In this document: positions 7,659 to 16,111 of the stretch, piece after piece
How the letters are laid out: every line of letters starts with the position of its first letter
Numbering within the stretch: the first letter of the stretch is position 1
Source: a virus
Lineage: Duplodnaviria > Caudoviricetes
Length of the DNA stretch: 37,383 nt
Direction: 5' to 3' (one strand)
Virus record (IMG/VR): IMGVR_UViG_3300030376_006832
Location: 1-37,383 of that record
Notes under the pieces: model-generated
Told to the model about the DNA's origin: nothing
What the model saw: only the letters and a program-made list of their open reading frames with translations
The model's database searches: none
Made by a program: the position numbers and the translations under genes

Positions 7659-7743
7659 TGGCTCTGGGGGGTGGATTCGAACCACCACGTCATTAGACAA
7701 CGTATGAACAGTACGTCGCGTCTACCGTTTCCGCCACCCCAGA
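7659..7743 (-). tRNA. tRNA-Asn(GTT), atypical: long variable arm, C37, encoded CCA
   Basis: TCTGGGG/CCCCAGA-G-CCA acceptor; D arm GCG-GAAACGGTAGA-CGC; anticodon arm ACGTA-CTGTTCA-TACGT; variable arm GTC-TAAT-GAC; T arm GGTGG-TTCGAAT-CCACC; 85 nt. Confidence 0.9.
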
Positions 7744-7806
7744 TTATTTAACGTTGAGTATCTTCTTCAATAGATCCAAATACTTTTGATATTCTTCTTT
7801 TGTCAT
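7744..7806 (-). CDS. Putative 20-aa micro-ORF MTKEEYQKYLDLLKKILNVK
   Basis: ATGA overlap with the synthetase-like stop; its TAA abuts tRNA base 1. Confidence 0.4.
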   Translation of the reverse strand: MTKEEYQKYLDLLKKILNVK

Positions 7807-8630
7807 GCTGCCTTATCCGCTCTCCATTGTTCAGCTCTTTCGACTGCTGCTATCATTCTTGTCATACCGATTCCACCACCGACTCGAGGAAAGAAATCCA
7901 TAGCTAAGAAGTCTTTAAGCTCTTGTTCAACTCTATCTTTTCCAAATAACTTATAAAGAAGTTCAGCGTACTTACCTTCACTAATTGTATGGAACGTATG
8001 AGACATTTGCTCTTTATCAGTACTTCTTTCTGCTGAACCAATTGTTTCCATACCATTTAATATTACATCAATCTTCTTACTTGTAAGTTCATCATTATGT
8101 CTTGACATATTCCAGAATGGTGATGTAAATTCTGGAAAGTTTGTTATCATTCCCCAACCAATCTCGTCTTCGTGCTCATTCTCAATCTCTTCAACTTCAA
8201 ATTGATCTTGCCACTCCTTATATGTTCTAATATCTAGCTCAGGAAAACCAAGATATTCACATAGTTCTATCTCCATGGCTTTAAGATCATTAATATCTCC
8301 AGGAAATTCAAATTCAAACATTGGAAATATAGTTTCATGTCGTCCTTCTACTGGTCTTGGTTCCTGTCTGTAGGAAGTCGAGATACAAAAAAACCCGTTC
8401 TCTGACGGGTTGGTTAATAACTCATATTCTAGCCACATTTGTCCCGTCTGCGGGAGCGGCCATATATTACCATTATATTGATATGTTGCTACTGTTTCTG
8501 GATCCTCACAAGCTGCTAGTATACTCAGTCTATTTTGAGTATGAACTTCATGGAACCCTTTAGATAAAAAAAAGGACCTTAAAAGGTCCGCTGTTTTAGT
8601 AAATTTTTGTGGTTTAATTAACGATGTCAT
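7803..8630 (-). CDS. Class IIb aminoacyl-tRNA-synthetase catalytic-core paralogue (Asp/AsnRS-like; possible AsnRS2-type asparagine synthetase)
   Basis: Motif 1 FFLSKGFHEVHT, motif 2 SYRQEP..GRH..IFPMFEFE, ETIGSAER, motif 3 GGGIGMTRM; 275 aa with no N-terminal anticodon-binding OB domain. Confidence 0.85.
   Translation of the reverse strand: MTSLIKPQKFTKTADLLRSFFLSKGFHEVHTQNRLSILAACEDPETVATYQYNGNIWPLPQTGQMWLEYELLTNPSENGFFCISTSYRQEPRPVEGRHETIFPMFEFEFPGDINDLKAMEIELCEYLGFPELDIRTYKEWQDQFEVEEIENEHEDEIGWGMITNFPEFTSPFWNMSRHNDELTSKKIDVILNGMETIGSAERSTDKEQMSHTFHTISEGKYAELLYKLFGKDRVEQELKDFLAMDFFPRVGGGIGMTRMIAAVERAEQWRADKAA
8566..8589 (-). terminator. Intrinsic terminator-like hairpin inside the 5' end of the synthetase-like gene
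   Basis: Minus strand GGACCT-TTTA-AGGTCC followed by T8. Confidence 0.6.
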
Positions 8631-8664
8631 TTTTAACTCCTAGGCATAAATCATAAATTACTTT

Positions 8665-8672
8665 TATTTATA
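8665..8672 (-). promoter_or_regulatory. T4-type late promoter TATAAATA
   Basis: Exact match 34 nt upstream of the synthetase-like ATG (AGGAG RBS). Confidence 0.7.
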
Positions 8673-8673
8673 C

Positions 8674-8713
8674 AAAAAAAAGCATGTACAACGAAAATAA
8701 AGTTTGGTATAAT
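8674..8713 (+). promoter_or_regulatory. Phage early promoter (repeat class A), divergent
   Basis: AAAAAAAAGCA-TGTACA (8685-8690), 17 nt, TATAAT (8708-8713). Confidence 0.85.
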
Positions 8714-8718
8714 ATATT

Positions 8719-9078
8719 ATGTTGTCTTTAGAAATCATGGGTGGAACTAGATTAGAGCAGACATTAACAGCTGAGGCTGTTACGTTTGCATTCAATCAAC
8801 TTATTCCACGTATTAAAAATTGTACTCTTAATGTATATCTGGCATCTTCTGATAGTTGTTTCGAAACCGACGATCGCGAATACGAAATAAGGATAAATAA
8901 GAACCAGACAGGTGATGATTTTTTAACCGCCGTATTTCATGAAATGGTACATGTTAAACAGTACATACGTGGTCAGCTTGATCAAGATAGCGATGATTTA
9001 GATTATTTCGATAGACCATCAGAAATAGAAGCTTACAAATTACAGGAGGAATTATTAGAATTATGGAAAAGCAAGTAA
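8719..9078 (+). CDS. HExxH zinc-metallopeptidase-like protein
   Basis: TAVFHEMVHVKQY and downstream P.EIEAY. Confidence 0.75.
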   Translation: MLSLEIMGGTRLEQTLTAEAVTFAFNQLIPRIKNCTLNVYLASSDSCFETDDREYEIRINKNQTGDDFLTAVFHEMVHVKQYIRGQLDQDSDDLDYFDRPSEIEAYKLQEELLELWKSK

Positions 9079-9320
9079 AAGATTATCAAACAACAGCTTA
9101 TGAAATGTACAGAAAAGAATGCTTAGCAGCATTAGGAGAAAACGAAAGAATTAAGCTTGAAGTACGTAGCCTGCAAAAACAATTACAAGGTACTTACAAA
9201 AGAATAAAGGAACTATCAGATGAAAACATTAAGCTTAGGGTTTATCTTGCTGATGCTCGTGAGCAGCTCGGCCTTAGCACAGAACCCCTTACTCCGAACA
9301 GAAGTAAAAGACCATTTTAA
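9063..9320 (+). CDS. Hypothetical coiled-coil protein
   Basis: AGGAGG RBS; heptad pattern. Confidence 0.6.
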   Translation: MEKQVKDYQTTAYEMYRKECLAALGENERIKLEVRSLQKQLQGTYKRIKELSDENIKLRVYLADAREQLGLSTEPLTPNRSKRPF

Positions 9321-9657
9321 AACAGTTATCGTACAAACACCTTATAAGGTAGAACTTTGCGCTAATCAACAAGTATCTGGTGATAAAACAGGTGATACTT
9401 TAGGTGGTGCAGTTCTTGGTGGGTTGATAGGTAAGGCTTTGACTGGAGATGATAATGCTGCTGGATTAGGCGCTTTGTTTGGTGGAATAATAGGTCATCA
9501 AAACAGTCAAGCAACTGGTGGCACTCAACGTGTATGTCGATATGAGACACGATATAAAGAAGAATCTAAAAGGGTGTATTCATATTCTATAGTTACATTC
9601 TGGCATCAAGGTCAACAATATCAAGTTAAATTTTTAAAAAATACACCGTTAGGTTGA
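9220..9657 (+). CDS. Exported glycine-zipper 2TM protein
   Basis: Signal peptide (...SSSALA), LGGAVLGGLIG...AGLGALFGGIIG, flanking Cys pair. Confidence 0.8.
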   Translation: MKTLSLGFILLMLVSSSALAQNPLLRTEVKDHFKTVIVQTPYKVELCANQQVSGDKTGDTLGGAVLGGLIGKALTGDDNAAGLGALFGGIIGHQNSQATGGTQRVCRYETRYKEESKRVYSYSIVTFWHQGQQYQVKFLKNTPLG

Positions 9658-9670
9658 ATATATAATTATT

Positions 9671-10168
9671 ATGAAAAAGAATTCTAAAAAATTAATTAAG
9701 AAGGTAAATGCTATGGATATGAGTATTCAATGGTTGTTAACTAATCCAGTTACTACTGCTTTAGTAGGACTGGTTATTTTTTATATCGGACTAAAAATGT
9801 TTTCAGGCGGTATGAAATCAATGGGTAATATGGAACATCTACAATACTTTTTAGGGAATCCAATATATATGTTCTTTGGCGGAATCATTATGACACTCGC
9901 ATGGCAATCAAGTTCGTTATCAACTACAGCAATTATTGCATTAGTTGCATCTGGAGCTCTACCTCTTCCAGCTGCGGTTGCTTGTGTATTAGGTGCAAAT
10001 ATAGGAACTACAGGAACTATATGGTTAGCAGGATTCTTTGTATCTGATGGAATGCCGAAAGGTGATACTTTACGTATTGCAATGGCGCATACTGGAATGA
10101 ACTTAGCAATGGCAATAATGCTATTACCTTTTGTACATCACATAGCTAAATTTCTTGGAAGATTTTAA
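9671..10168 (+). CDS. Na+/phosphate cotransporter family protein (single repeat, half-size)
   Basis: GLKMFSGGM, WQSSSLST, GANIGTT motifs; hydrophobic throughout. Confidence 0.85.
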   Translation: MKKNSKKLIKKVNAMDMSIQWLLTNPVTTALVGLVIFYIGLKMFSGGMKSMGNMEHLQYFLGNPIYMFFGGIIMTLAWQSSSLSTTAIIALVASGALPLPAAVACVLGANIGTTGTIWLAGFFVSDGMPKGDTLRIAMAHTGMNLAMAIMLLPFVHHIAKFLGRF

Positions 10169-10836
10169 GCTTCACTAAGGTTAGCAAAAGATACAGATCC
10201 ATCTTTATTTTTCTTAACCTCAGACCTCTTTGTGTATAACTCAGTTGTTACGTTATCATCAACGTTTATCTTATATTTGTCATGACTGTGGTGTAACACA
10301 AACTGCACGTCCTTAAATTCTCTAAACATACTTTGCCAAACAGGTCTCCAATTATTTGTCAACCTATTATTATTTGTATTTCCTCTGTCAGATTGTAAAG
10401 CTCCGTTAAAATCTGATACGCTCTTCACGTTAAAATCAAATATAGAATCAAACCCATACATATGGACTTCATCAGCCTTTAACTTATTACAAGCATAATG
10501 AGTAGCCATATGACCACAATTCAGATCAGTATAGTTTGCAACATATTTAGGTAATACTGTATAGAACTCTTTAACTTGATGCGCAACCTTTACAAAGTGT
10601 TGAGGATTCATTTCCATCCAGTGTTTAGGTCTAAATCCTAATACCCATTCTCCATCAAGTTCTACTTGTTGTTTAGCTAAAGCATTCATAAATTTATAGT
10701 CAACTATACATGTTGCATATTTTTCAGGAACTTGAAATGCTATCTGATTGCATGCTAGTTTTAACCCTCTTCTCGGTGCATCTTGATATAAAAAAGAATG
10801 ATCACCATTTCCTATGATATGAACTACTCTCTTCAT
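10165..10836 (-). CDS. Glycan-island protein with IIGNG motif (DUF115/sialyltransferase-like fold)
   Basis: VVHIIGNG...ACN...GHMA...VHMYGFD; start adjusted to MKRVV. Confidence 0.55.
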   Translation of the reverse strand: MKRVVHIIGNGDHSFLYQDAPRRGLKLACNQIAFQVPEKYATCIVDYKFMNALAKQQVELDGEWVLGFRPKHWMEMNPQHFVKVAHQVKEFYTVLPKYVANYTDLNCGHMATHYACNKLKADEVHMYGFDSIFDFNVKSVSDFNGALQSDRGNTNNNRLTNNWRPVWQSMFREFKDVQFVLHHSHDKYKINVDDNVTTELYTKRSEVKKNKDGSVSFANLSEA

Positions 10837-11525
10837 TACTTTCTCCAATAATCCTTTATCCAACTTTGTGGGTTATAAGTCGCCATTGGCGTAGTTACTG
10901 ATTCCTTTTGAGCCTGAATTATATTAGGTCTTCCATGAAAACACACTATAGACGTCTTATCATCAGGCTTGTTTGGATATACTTGGTATTTATAGGATTT
11001 TAAACGACCTGGATATTCACGCTGCAGTAGTTGATATCGTAATGGATTCATATATCCATGTAAGAACTCACCATCTCCTCTATACTGTGCTTTAACTTCG
11101 TTGATATTATGACTTGCATGTGTCCATATACTATTCCACATATAATATTTCCATGACATCACAGCAGATTGTAACACGTTTTTAAGATGAGGCTGATGTT
11201 CATTGACAGATCCAACATCCTCTATTCCCATAAAATTGCCATCATATTTAAATAACCAATCTAAATCCCCTGTGATTAGTGTATCTAAATCAAAATATAT
11301 TACCCTTTCAGATAATCCATGAGAACAATCAAACAATTGTAGTTTATTCCACCAACCATCGTATCCTTTTTTGAGGATCTTTGTTTCTATGTTTGGTACA
11401 TCTTTATCTGAAAAACATATAAATTTATGATCTATAGTAGTATTACGTTCTATAGAAGCTTTTAAATTAATTACATATTCTATAGGAAACTTAGTTCCCC
11501 ACCATACACAAGCAACCGTTATCAT
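10836..11525 (-). CDS. GT-A glycosyltransferase-like protein
   Basis: CVWWGTKF...YV, WWNKLQLF, YFDLD, GDGEF, FHGRP. Confidence 0.75.
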   Translation of the reverse strand: MITVACVWWGTKFPIEYVINLKASIERNTTIDHKFICFSDKDVPNIETKILKKGYDGWWNKLQLFDCSHGLSERVIYFDLDTLITGDLDWLFKYDGNFMGIEDVGSVNEHQPHLKNVLQSAVMSWKYYMWNSIWTHASHNINEVKAQYRGDGEFLHGYMNPLRYQLLQREYPGRLKSYKYQVYPNKPDDKTSIVCFHGRPNIIQAQKESVTTPMATYNPQSWIKDYWRK

Positions 11526-12163
11526 AGTATCTCGTAGTTTTCGTTGTAATTATGTTTAGCTAAACAACCCTTTTCTTTTTGTATGGTTGTAAAATGATCT
11601 TTAGCTTCAGCAATCCATGGATAATACTCTTGTAACCAAGGAAAGTTATGTACGTTTAAGAATACATCAGTTGGACCGGCATCTGTCTTAGCTTTTTCTA
11701 TCAATAGTTTTGCACCTTCCGGAGCAACCATATATGCATGAGCTCCACCAAAATAAGGCTTATGTACTAATGGTTGTACACCAAGAGTTTTAGGTGTGTT
11801 ATAGTTTCCATACGAAGGTTTTCCCATATTTACAACTTTATCAAATGACATATTAGGCAAATCACCTGTTAAAATTGCATCATGTTCAAATATGAATATT
11901 ATTTCATTTGTTGTAACTGACATTTTCCATAGATGATAATGACCTAAGAATGCAGCCACAACACTAGAATAGTTTGAAAAGTCACTATGAAATCCAGATG
12001 TGTTAATACCTTCATTTGTTAATATAGCAGTAAGGTCGTCTTTAGGGGTAAAGCCAAAAAATTTTACTATTTCTATACCTAACTTTTTTCCAGATTCAAT
12101 ACATCTATCTGCCACTTGATGAGACTTTGGATTATCATGAATTGTTATAACATATGCGCTCAT
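11522..12163 (-). CDS. Glycosyltransferase family 25-like
   Basis: AYVIT, FLGHYHLW, IFEHDA, GAHAYMVAPEGAKLL. Confidence 0.8.
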   Translation of the reverse strand: MSAYVITIHDNPKSHQVADRCIESGKKLGIEIVKFFGFTPKDDLTAILTNEGINTSGFHSDFSNYSSVVAAFLGHYHLWKMSVTTNEIIFIFEHDAILTGDLPNMSFDKVVNMGKPSYGNYNTPKTLGVQPLVHKPYFGGAHAYMVAPEGAKLLIEKAKTDAGPTDVFLNVHNFPWLQEYYPWIAEAKDHFTTIQKEKGCLAKHNYNENYEIL

Positions 12164-12873
12164 AGCGTTGTTGTGCTCCGTGTTCCTTGAACTTTTGTAT
12201 AAAAATCTGTAGTTACTCCTAGTTTGGCACCAACCAATTGTTTACACATTAACGCATCGTTTGGCCAAAGCCCATGCTCTTTAACAAGTTCTAACATCTT
12301 TTCAGCACCTTCCCTTTTAATTATGTATGCTGAATTTCCAGCTAATCCTTGAGGCACGTTAATAGAATCTATATAAGGACATGGAATAACAGCTTCTCTA
12401 TGTAATAGCACTTTATCATAAAAATCTTGAGATCTTCTGGTTGCACCTCGAGGATCGTTAATTCCTATGATACTATAATTATTATCTGTCATATCCATTC
12501 TTAGTTTTTTAGTAAAGATAGCATCGTGCTCTAATACTAGTATCGGCGATTCTATATCAGCACAAAACTTCCATAGTTTATAATGGCTTAATGCACACGC
12601 GATCCTTGCATCTATGTTGATCGTGTTATACGGGCTCTTTGTTAGACCTGATTTTATATCATGTTCTACTGTTTCCCATGGATAATTCCAACTTATACCA
12701 TTTTCCATCATAACTGTAGCAGTATCATTTGGCGTTACTGCATTAAACTTTTCAATGGTAAAAAAATCTGGCATTAAAGACGATGAGTGTAATCTAAAAT
12801 GAGATTCTATACATTTATTAGCGGCTTGATTAGATTCTGGGTGATCTGGAATTGTAATTACAAATGCTCTCAT
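12160..12873 (-). CDS. Glycosyltransferase family 25-like
   Basis: ACALSHYKLW, VLEHDA, GNSAYIIKREGAEKML. Confidence 0.8.
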   Translation of the reverse strand: MRAFVITIPDHPESNQAANKCIESHFRLHSSSLMPDFFTIEKFNAVTPNDTATVMMENGISWNYPWETVEHDIKSGLTKSPYNTINIDARIACALSHYKLWKFCADIESPILVLEHDAIFTKKLRMDMTDNNYSIIGINDPRGATRRSQDFYDKVLLHREAVIPCPYIDSINVPQGLAGNSAYIIKREGAEKMLELVKEHGLWPNDALMCKQLVGAKLGVTTDFYTKVQGTRSTTTL

Positions 12874-13682
12874 GATGATATTGTAGTTCCTTTATTATGT
12901 GTCAAGTATTTTTGTAATGGTGATATCGCCCATACTTCATGCGATTGTCTACTAGCAATCTTATGACTTGGAAATCCTTCATTGACATGGTCAAAAGCAT
13001 GGCAATCTGTCCAACCATCATATATGTCAAAAATACCATCATCTTCATATAACTGTTTATACTTCTCCCACCAAGCGTTATAATCAGCATGTTGTGTATC
13101 CCACATTATAAATCCTGATTCCATGTGTTTATGTGGAGCTCTATTTAAATAATGAGTGATACAACCTTCTTGTGCTAAAGATGAAAAGAAGTCTTCAGGT
13201 ATCTTTTCTCTTATCACAACGTCAGCGTCAATTGATATTAAGTATCTTTCTTCTATAGTATTATAAGCTTCAATTAATGAGAAAGGTGCATGACAAAATC
13301 TAACAGCATCAAACTCATAATCGTATCCGTCCTTAAAATTTATATTGTTTTTATAGTGGTGATAATCATATACTTTAAAGTGTTTCTTTATCATCTTACC
13401 GCTGGATCTTTTTTGAAACGCTTTAATTTTTTCTGTAGGATGAGGTAAGAATTCAACCTTTTCAGTGTTTTCGGGTAAGTTATCTCCCTCATAATAAACT
13501 CTCATAGAAGCATTATCTGGCAATAGTTCATTAGCTTGTTTAGCTAGTTGCATACCTCTAGAAATAGTTTCATCTTCAAATCTAGACCAATATCTTTTAG
13601 CCTTGTCATTTAGTTTGCTGATGTCAATTTTGCTGGCTTTTAGTGGTTTATCTAAAAAAGTTGTTACTATCTTAAACATCAT
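12870..13682 (-). CDS. Putative GT-A glycosyltransferase
   Basis: FDAVRFCH, IDAD (DxD), ESGF, WTDCHAFD, HNKG. Confidence 0.6.
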   Translation of the reverse strand: MMFKIVTTFLDKPLKASKIDISKLNDKAKRYWSRFEDETISRGMQLAKQANELLPDNASMRVYYEGDNLPENTEKVEFLPHPTEKIKAFQKRSSGKMIKKHFKVYDYHHYKNNINFKDGYDYEFDAVRFCHAPFSLIEAYNTIEERYLISIDADVVIREKIPEDFFSSLAQEGCITHYLNRAPHKHMESGFIMWDTQHADYNAWWEKYKQLYEDDGIFDIYDGWTDCHAFDHVNEGFPSHKIASRQSHEVWAISPLQKYLTHNKGTTISS

Positions 13683-14664
13683 TTAATAACCTTTTTACTT
13701 CATATGCTTTATCTCTGACATCATTTAAAAGTTCTCTTGGATCAACATTAACATAAAACACAGATTCACTCATTCCTTTTGCCATATGATTTGGAACCCA
13801 ATGGTCAAATAAGGGTTGCTTTGATAAAGGCTTAAATGAATGGCGTGCTGTAATTCCATGACTGTTTAACACCTCAACCATGGTATCAGGCTTTGGATGT
13901 TTCATGTCATATACCCATACAGCTTTTCTATTGTTAGGCATATGATATTCTTCTGGTATTATATCATTATAGATCTCACATATCTTATGTCTTTTAAACA
14001 TATTAATGCTGTATTGTTCTAAAGATTCTAAAGCCATTGTTGCTTGGGAATCTGGCATTCTATAATTAAAACCTATACGTTTATGATAGTAGTTATGTTG
14101 TGTACCGAAACTCATGTTCTTCATATCTTGAGCTTTTTCGATGAAGGTCTTATCATCACTTGTTATCATGCCACCTTCTTCTGCATGTATTATCTTGTTA
14201 CGGTAGAAAGAAAAGCAGCCTATATCGTATGAACCTGCTTGACCTAAGTTTGTACCTATTTCAGCACCTTGGGCTTCACACGCATCTTCAATAACTCTTA
14301 ACTTATATTTCTTTGCGATATAATTAACTCGATCCATATCTACTGTACGACCATACACATGTGTAACCATTAATATTCTTGTTCGCCATTTATTGACTGC
14401 CATATCAAAGTGTTTTTCAACTTTGTCTAAATCAATCAATAGATCTTCGTCACAGTCTATAAAAACTGGAGTTAACCTTGCATAGTGTACTGCAAGACCA
14501 GAAGCATACATTGAAAAATCTGGAACTATTACTTGTGTATCATTCGGCATCTCTAAAGCTTCGATAGCTAAATGCAATGCAGCTGTTCCAGTATTAGTAG
14601 CGCATGCGTAATCAGTTCCTGTAAACTTAGCGTATTTTTCTTCTAGTTCTTGATAAGGAAACAT
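13672..14664 (-). CDS. DegT/DnrJ/EryC1 PLP sugar aminotransferase
   Basis: NTGTAALHLA, IEDACEA, FSFYRNKII..EGG, GFNYRM. Confidence 0.92.
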   Translation of the reverse strand: MFPYQELEEKYAKFTGTDYACATNTGTAALHLAIEALEMPNDTQVIVPDFSMYASGLAVHYARLTPVFIDCDEDLLIDLDKVEKHFDMAVNKWRTRILMVTHVYGRTVDMDRVNYIAKKYKLRVIEDACEAQGAEIGTNLGQAGSYDIGCFSFYRNKIIHAEEGGMITSDDKTFIEKAQDMKNMSFGTQHNYYHKRIGFNYRMPDSQATMALESLEQYSINMFKRHKICEIYNDIIPEEYHMPNNRKAVWVYDMKHPKPDTMVEVLNSHGITARHSFKPLSKQPLFDHWVPNHMAKGMSESVFYVNVDPRELLNDVRDKAYEVKRLLNDV

Positions 14665-14666
14665 AG

Positions 14667-14864
14667 TTAGCCTTCTTCATGATTAAGATTAAGGTAATCG
14701 TCTATACAAGTATATGCTTTGCCTTTTCCAAGAACAGATAATTTAACCATTTCTTCAAAACATGGTTTATATTCTTTGTAGTAGTTGACACCCTGACCTT
14801 CTAGTGTCCCATCAGGGTTCAAAGTTACCATTATTAAAATCCATCCGTATAATACTTCATTCAT
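14667..14864 (-). CDS. Small hypothetical protein (hydrophobic N-terminus, two Cys)
   Basis: ORF packed between island genes. Confidence 0.6.
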   Translation of the reverse strand: MNEVLYGWILIMVTLNPDGTLEGQGVNYYKEYKPCFEEMVKLSVLGKGKAYTCIDDYLNLNHEEG

Positions 14865-14865
14865 T

Positions 14866-15822
14866 TTACCAATCCCATTTGCTTCCGTTTTGCTTATAAT
14901 AATTTATAGTTTTTTTAACTGCGTCCTCCATACATACCTGAGGCCTAGTGTTTATAGCATCATACAACTTTGTGTTATCCGATTGAAGATGCCATATCTC
15001 CCATGGTCTTACCTTATCCTTATCAACTTCAATATTAATAGTGTTGTGACCCATGATTTTACCAACCATTTCTGCTAGTTCATATATCTTAATACCCTCT
15101 TCACTTCCCATATTATATACTTCACCCCACTTACCATTCTCTAATAAGTCAACTGCCATTCTTACAGCATCACCCGCGTATTGAAAGTCTCTAAATGAAT
15201 TATTGCCTAATCGTACTGTACTTGATTCTGATAACTGAGATATAATTTCAGGCAAGACATACTCATGTGTTTCTCTCTCGCCTATACAATTAAACTGTCT
15301 CATAGCGATAGCGTTAACACCTGATTCCTTATGACGTACTTGCACTAATCCATCAGCAGCAAGTTTTGATACTCCATACGTTGAATGCGGTTCTACAGGA
15401 TCTGATTCTTTAATCTTTCCAGTCATGTTTCCATATATCTCTGCAGATGATACTTGTAATAAACCTTTTACATGACTTTCTTCACATGCCATAATAACAT
15501 TCAACACTGAAGTGGCGTTTATCTCAAAGAAATGTAGAGGTCTTTCAAACCCTTCTGGAATGTATGGTTCTGCTGCATAGTTAAAGACCCATTTTATTTC
15601 TTGTGAATTGAATATCGTTCGCAAGAATTTATAATCATCTCTTATATCATACTCAAAGAATTCAGCTTTTTTATGGATATGTTTTTCTGATCCAGATATG
15701 AGGTTATCAAGAACTAATACTTTGCACTTTCGTTCTTCGATAAGATAATCAACAAGATGTGAACCTAAGAAACCAGCTCCACCAATAACACATACATTGG
15801 TGTTCTTTATTTCTCTATTCAT
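14866..15822 (-). CDS. NAD-dependent nucleotide-sugar epimerase/dehydratase
   Basis: GGAGFLG, SSAEIYG, YGVSK; start adjusted to MNREIK (GGAG upstream). Confidence 0.9.
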   Translation of the reverse strand: MNREIKNTNVCVIGGAGFLGSHLVDYLIEERKCKVLVLDNLISGSEKHIHKKAEFFEYDIRDDYKFLRTIFNSQEIKWVFNYAAEPYIPEGFERPLHFFEINATSVLNVIMACEESHVKGLLQVSSAEIYGNMTGKIKESDPVEPHSTYGVSKLAADGLVQVRHKESGVNAIAMRQFNCIGERETHEYVLPEIISQLSESSTVRLGNNSFRDFQYAGDAVRMAVDLLENGKWGEVYNMGSEEGIKIYELAEMVGKIMGHNTINIEVDKDKVRPWEIWHLQSDNTKLYDAINTRPQVCMEDAVKKTINYYKQNGSKWDW

Positions 15823-16111
15823 GCTCTCCGCCATTGCCTCTTCCATTGTATCCACTAAATGCTTGAGGTTTTCTTTTTGCTGTTTCAAAAGTTGCAACAG
15901 TTATAACTACAGCTGCAATTATACACAAGTGTGCGACCACTGAAAATCCCCATATCCACATACTACCATACGCAAGTGCAAAGCTACTCGCCCATGTCCA
16001 TGCAAGTATTTGTAATATCATATGTCGTGCTTGTAAACTCGGTATGTTTCTTAGTGGATTAAAATCTGCACTCATCAGTGCATTCCACATATTATAAATT
16101 GCTTCTCTCAT
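15815..16111 (-). CDS. Hypothetical membrane protein
   Basis: Two TM segments; NPLRNIP..QARHMILQILAW. Confidence 0.7.
   Translation of the reverse strand: MREAIYNMWNALMSADFNPLRNIPSLQARHMILQILAWTWASSFALAYGSMWIWGFSVVAHLCIIAAVVITVATFETAKRKPQAFSGYNGRGNGGEHE

Noticed and set aside
7705-7711. Reading the tRNA as Sec/opal suppressor because the loop contains TCA
   Set aside because: With the 5-bp stem and 7-nt loop the central triplet is GTT; the acceptor stem is 7 bp; TGA is used as a normal stop throughout.
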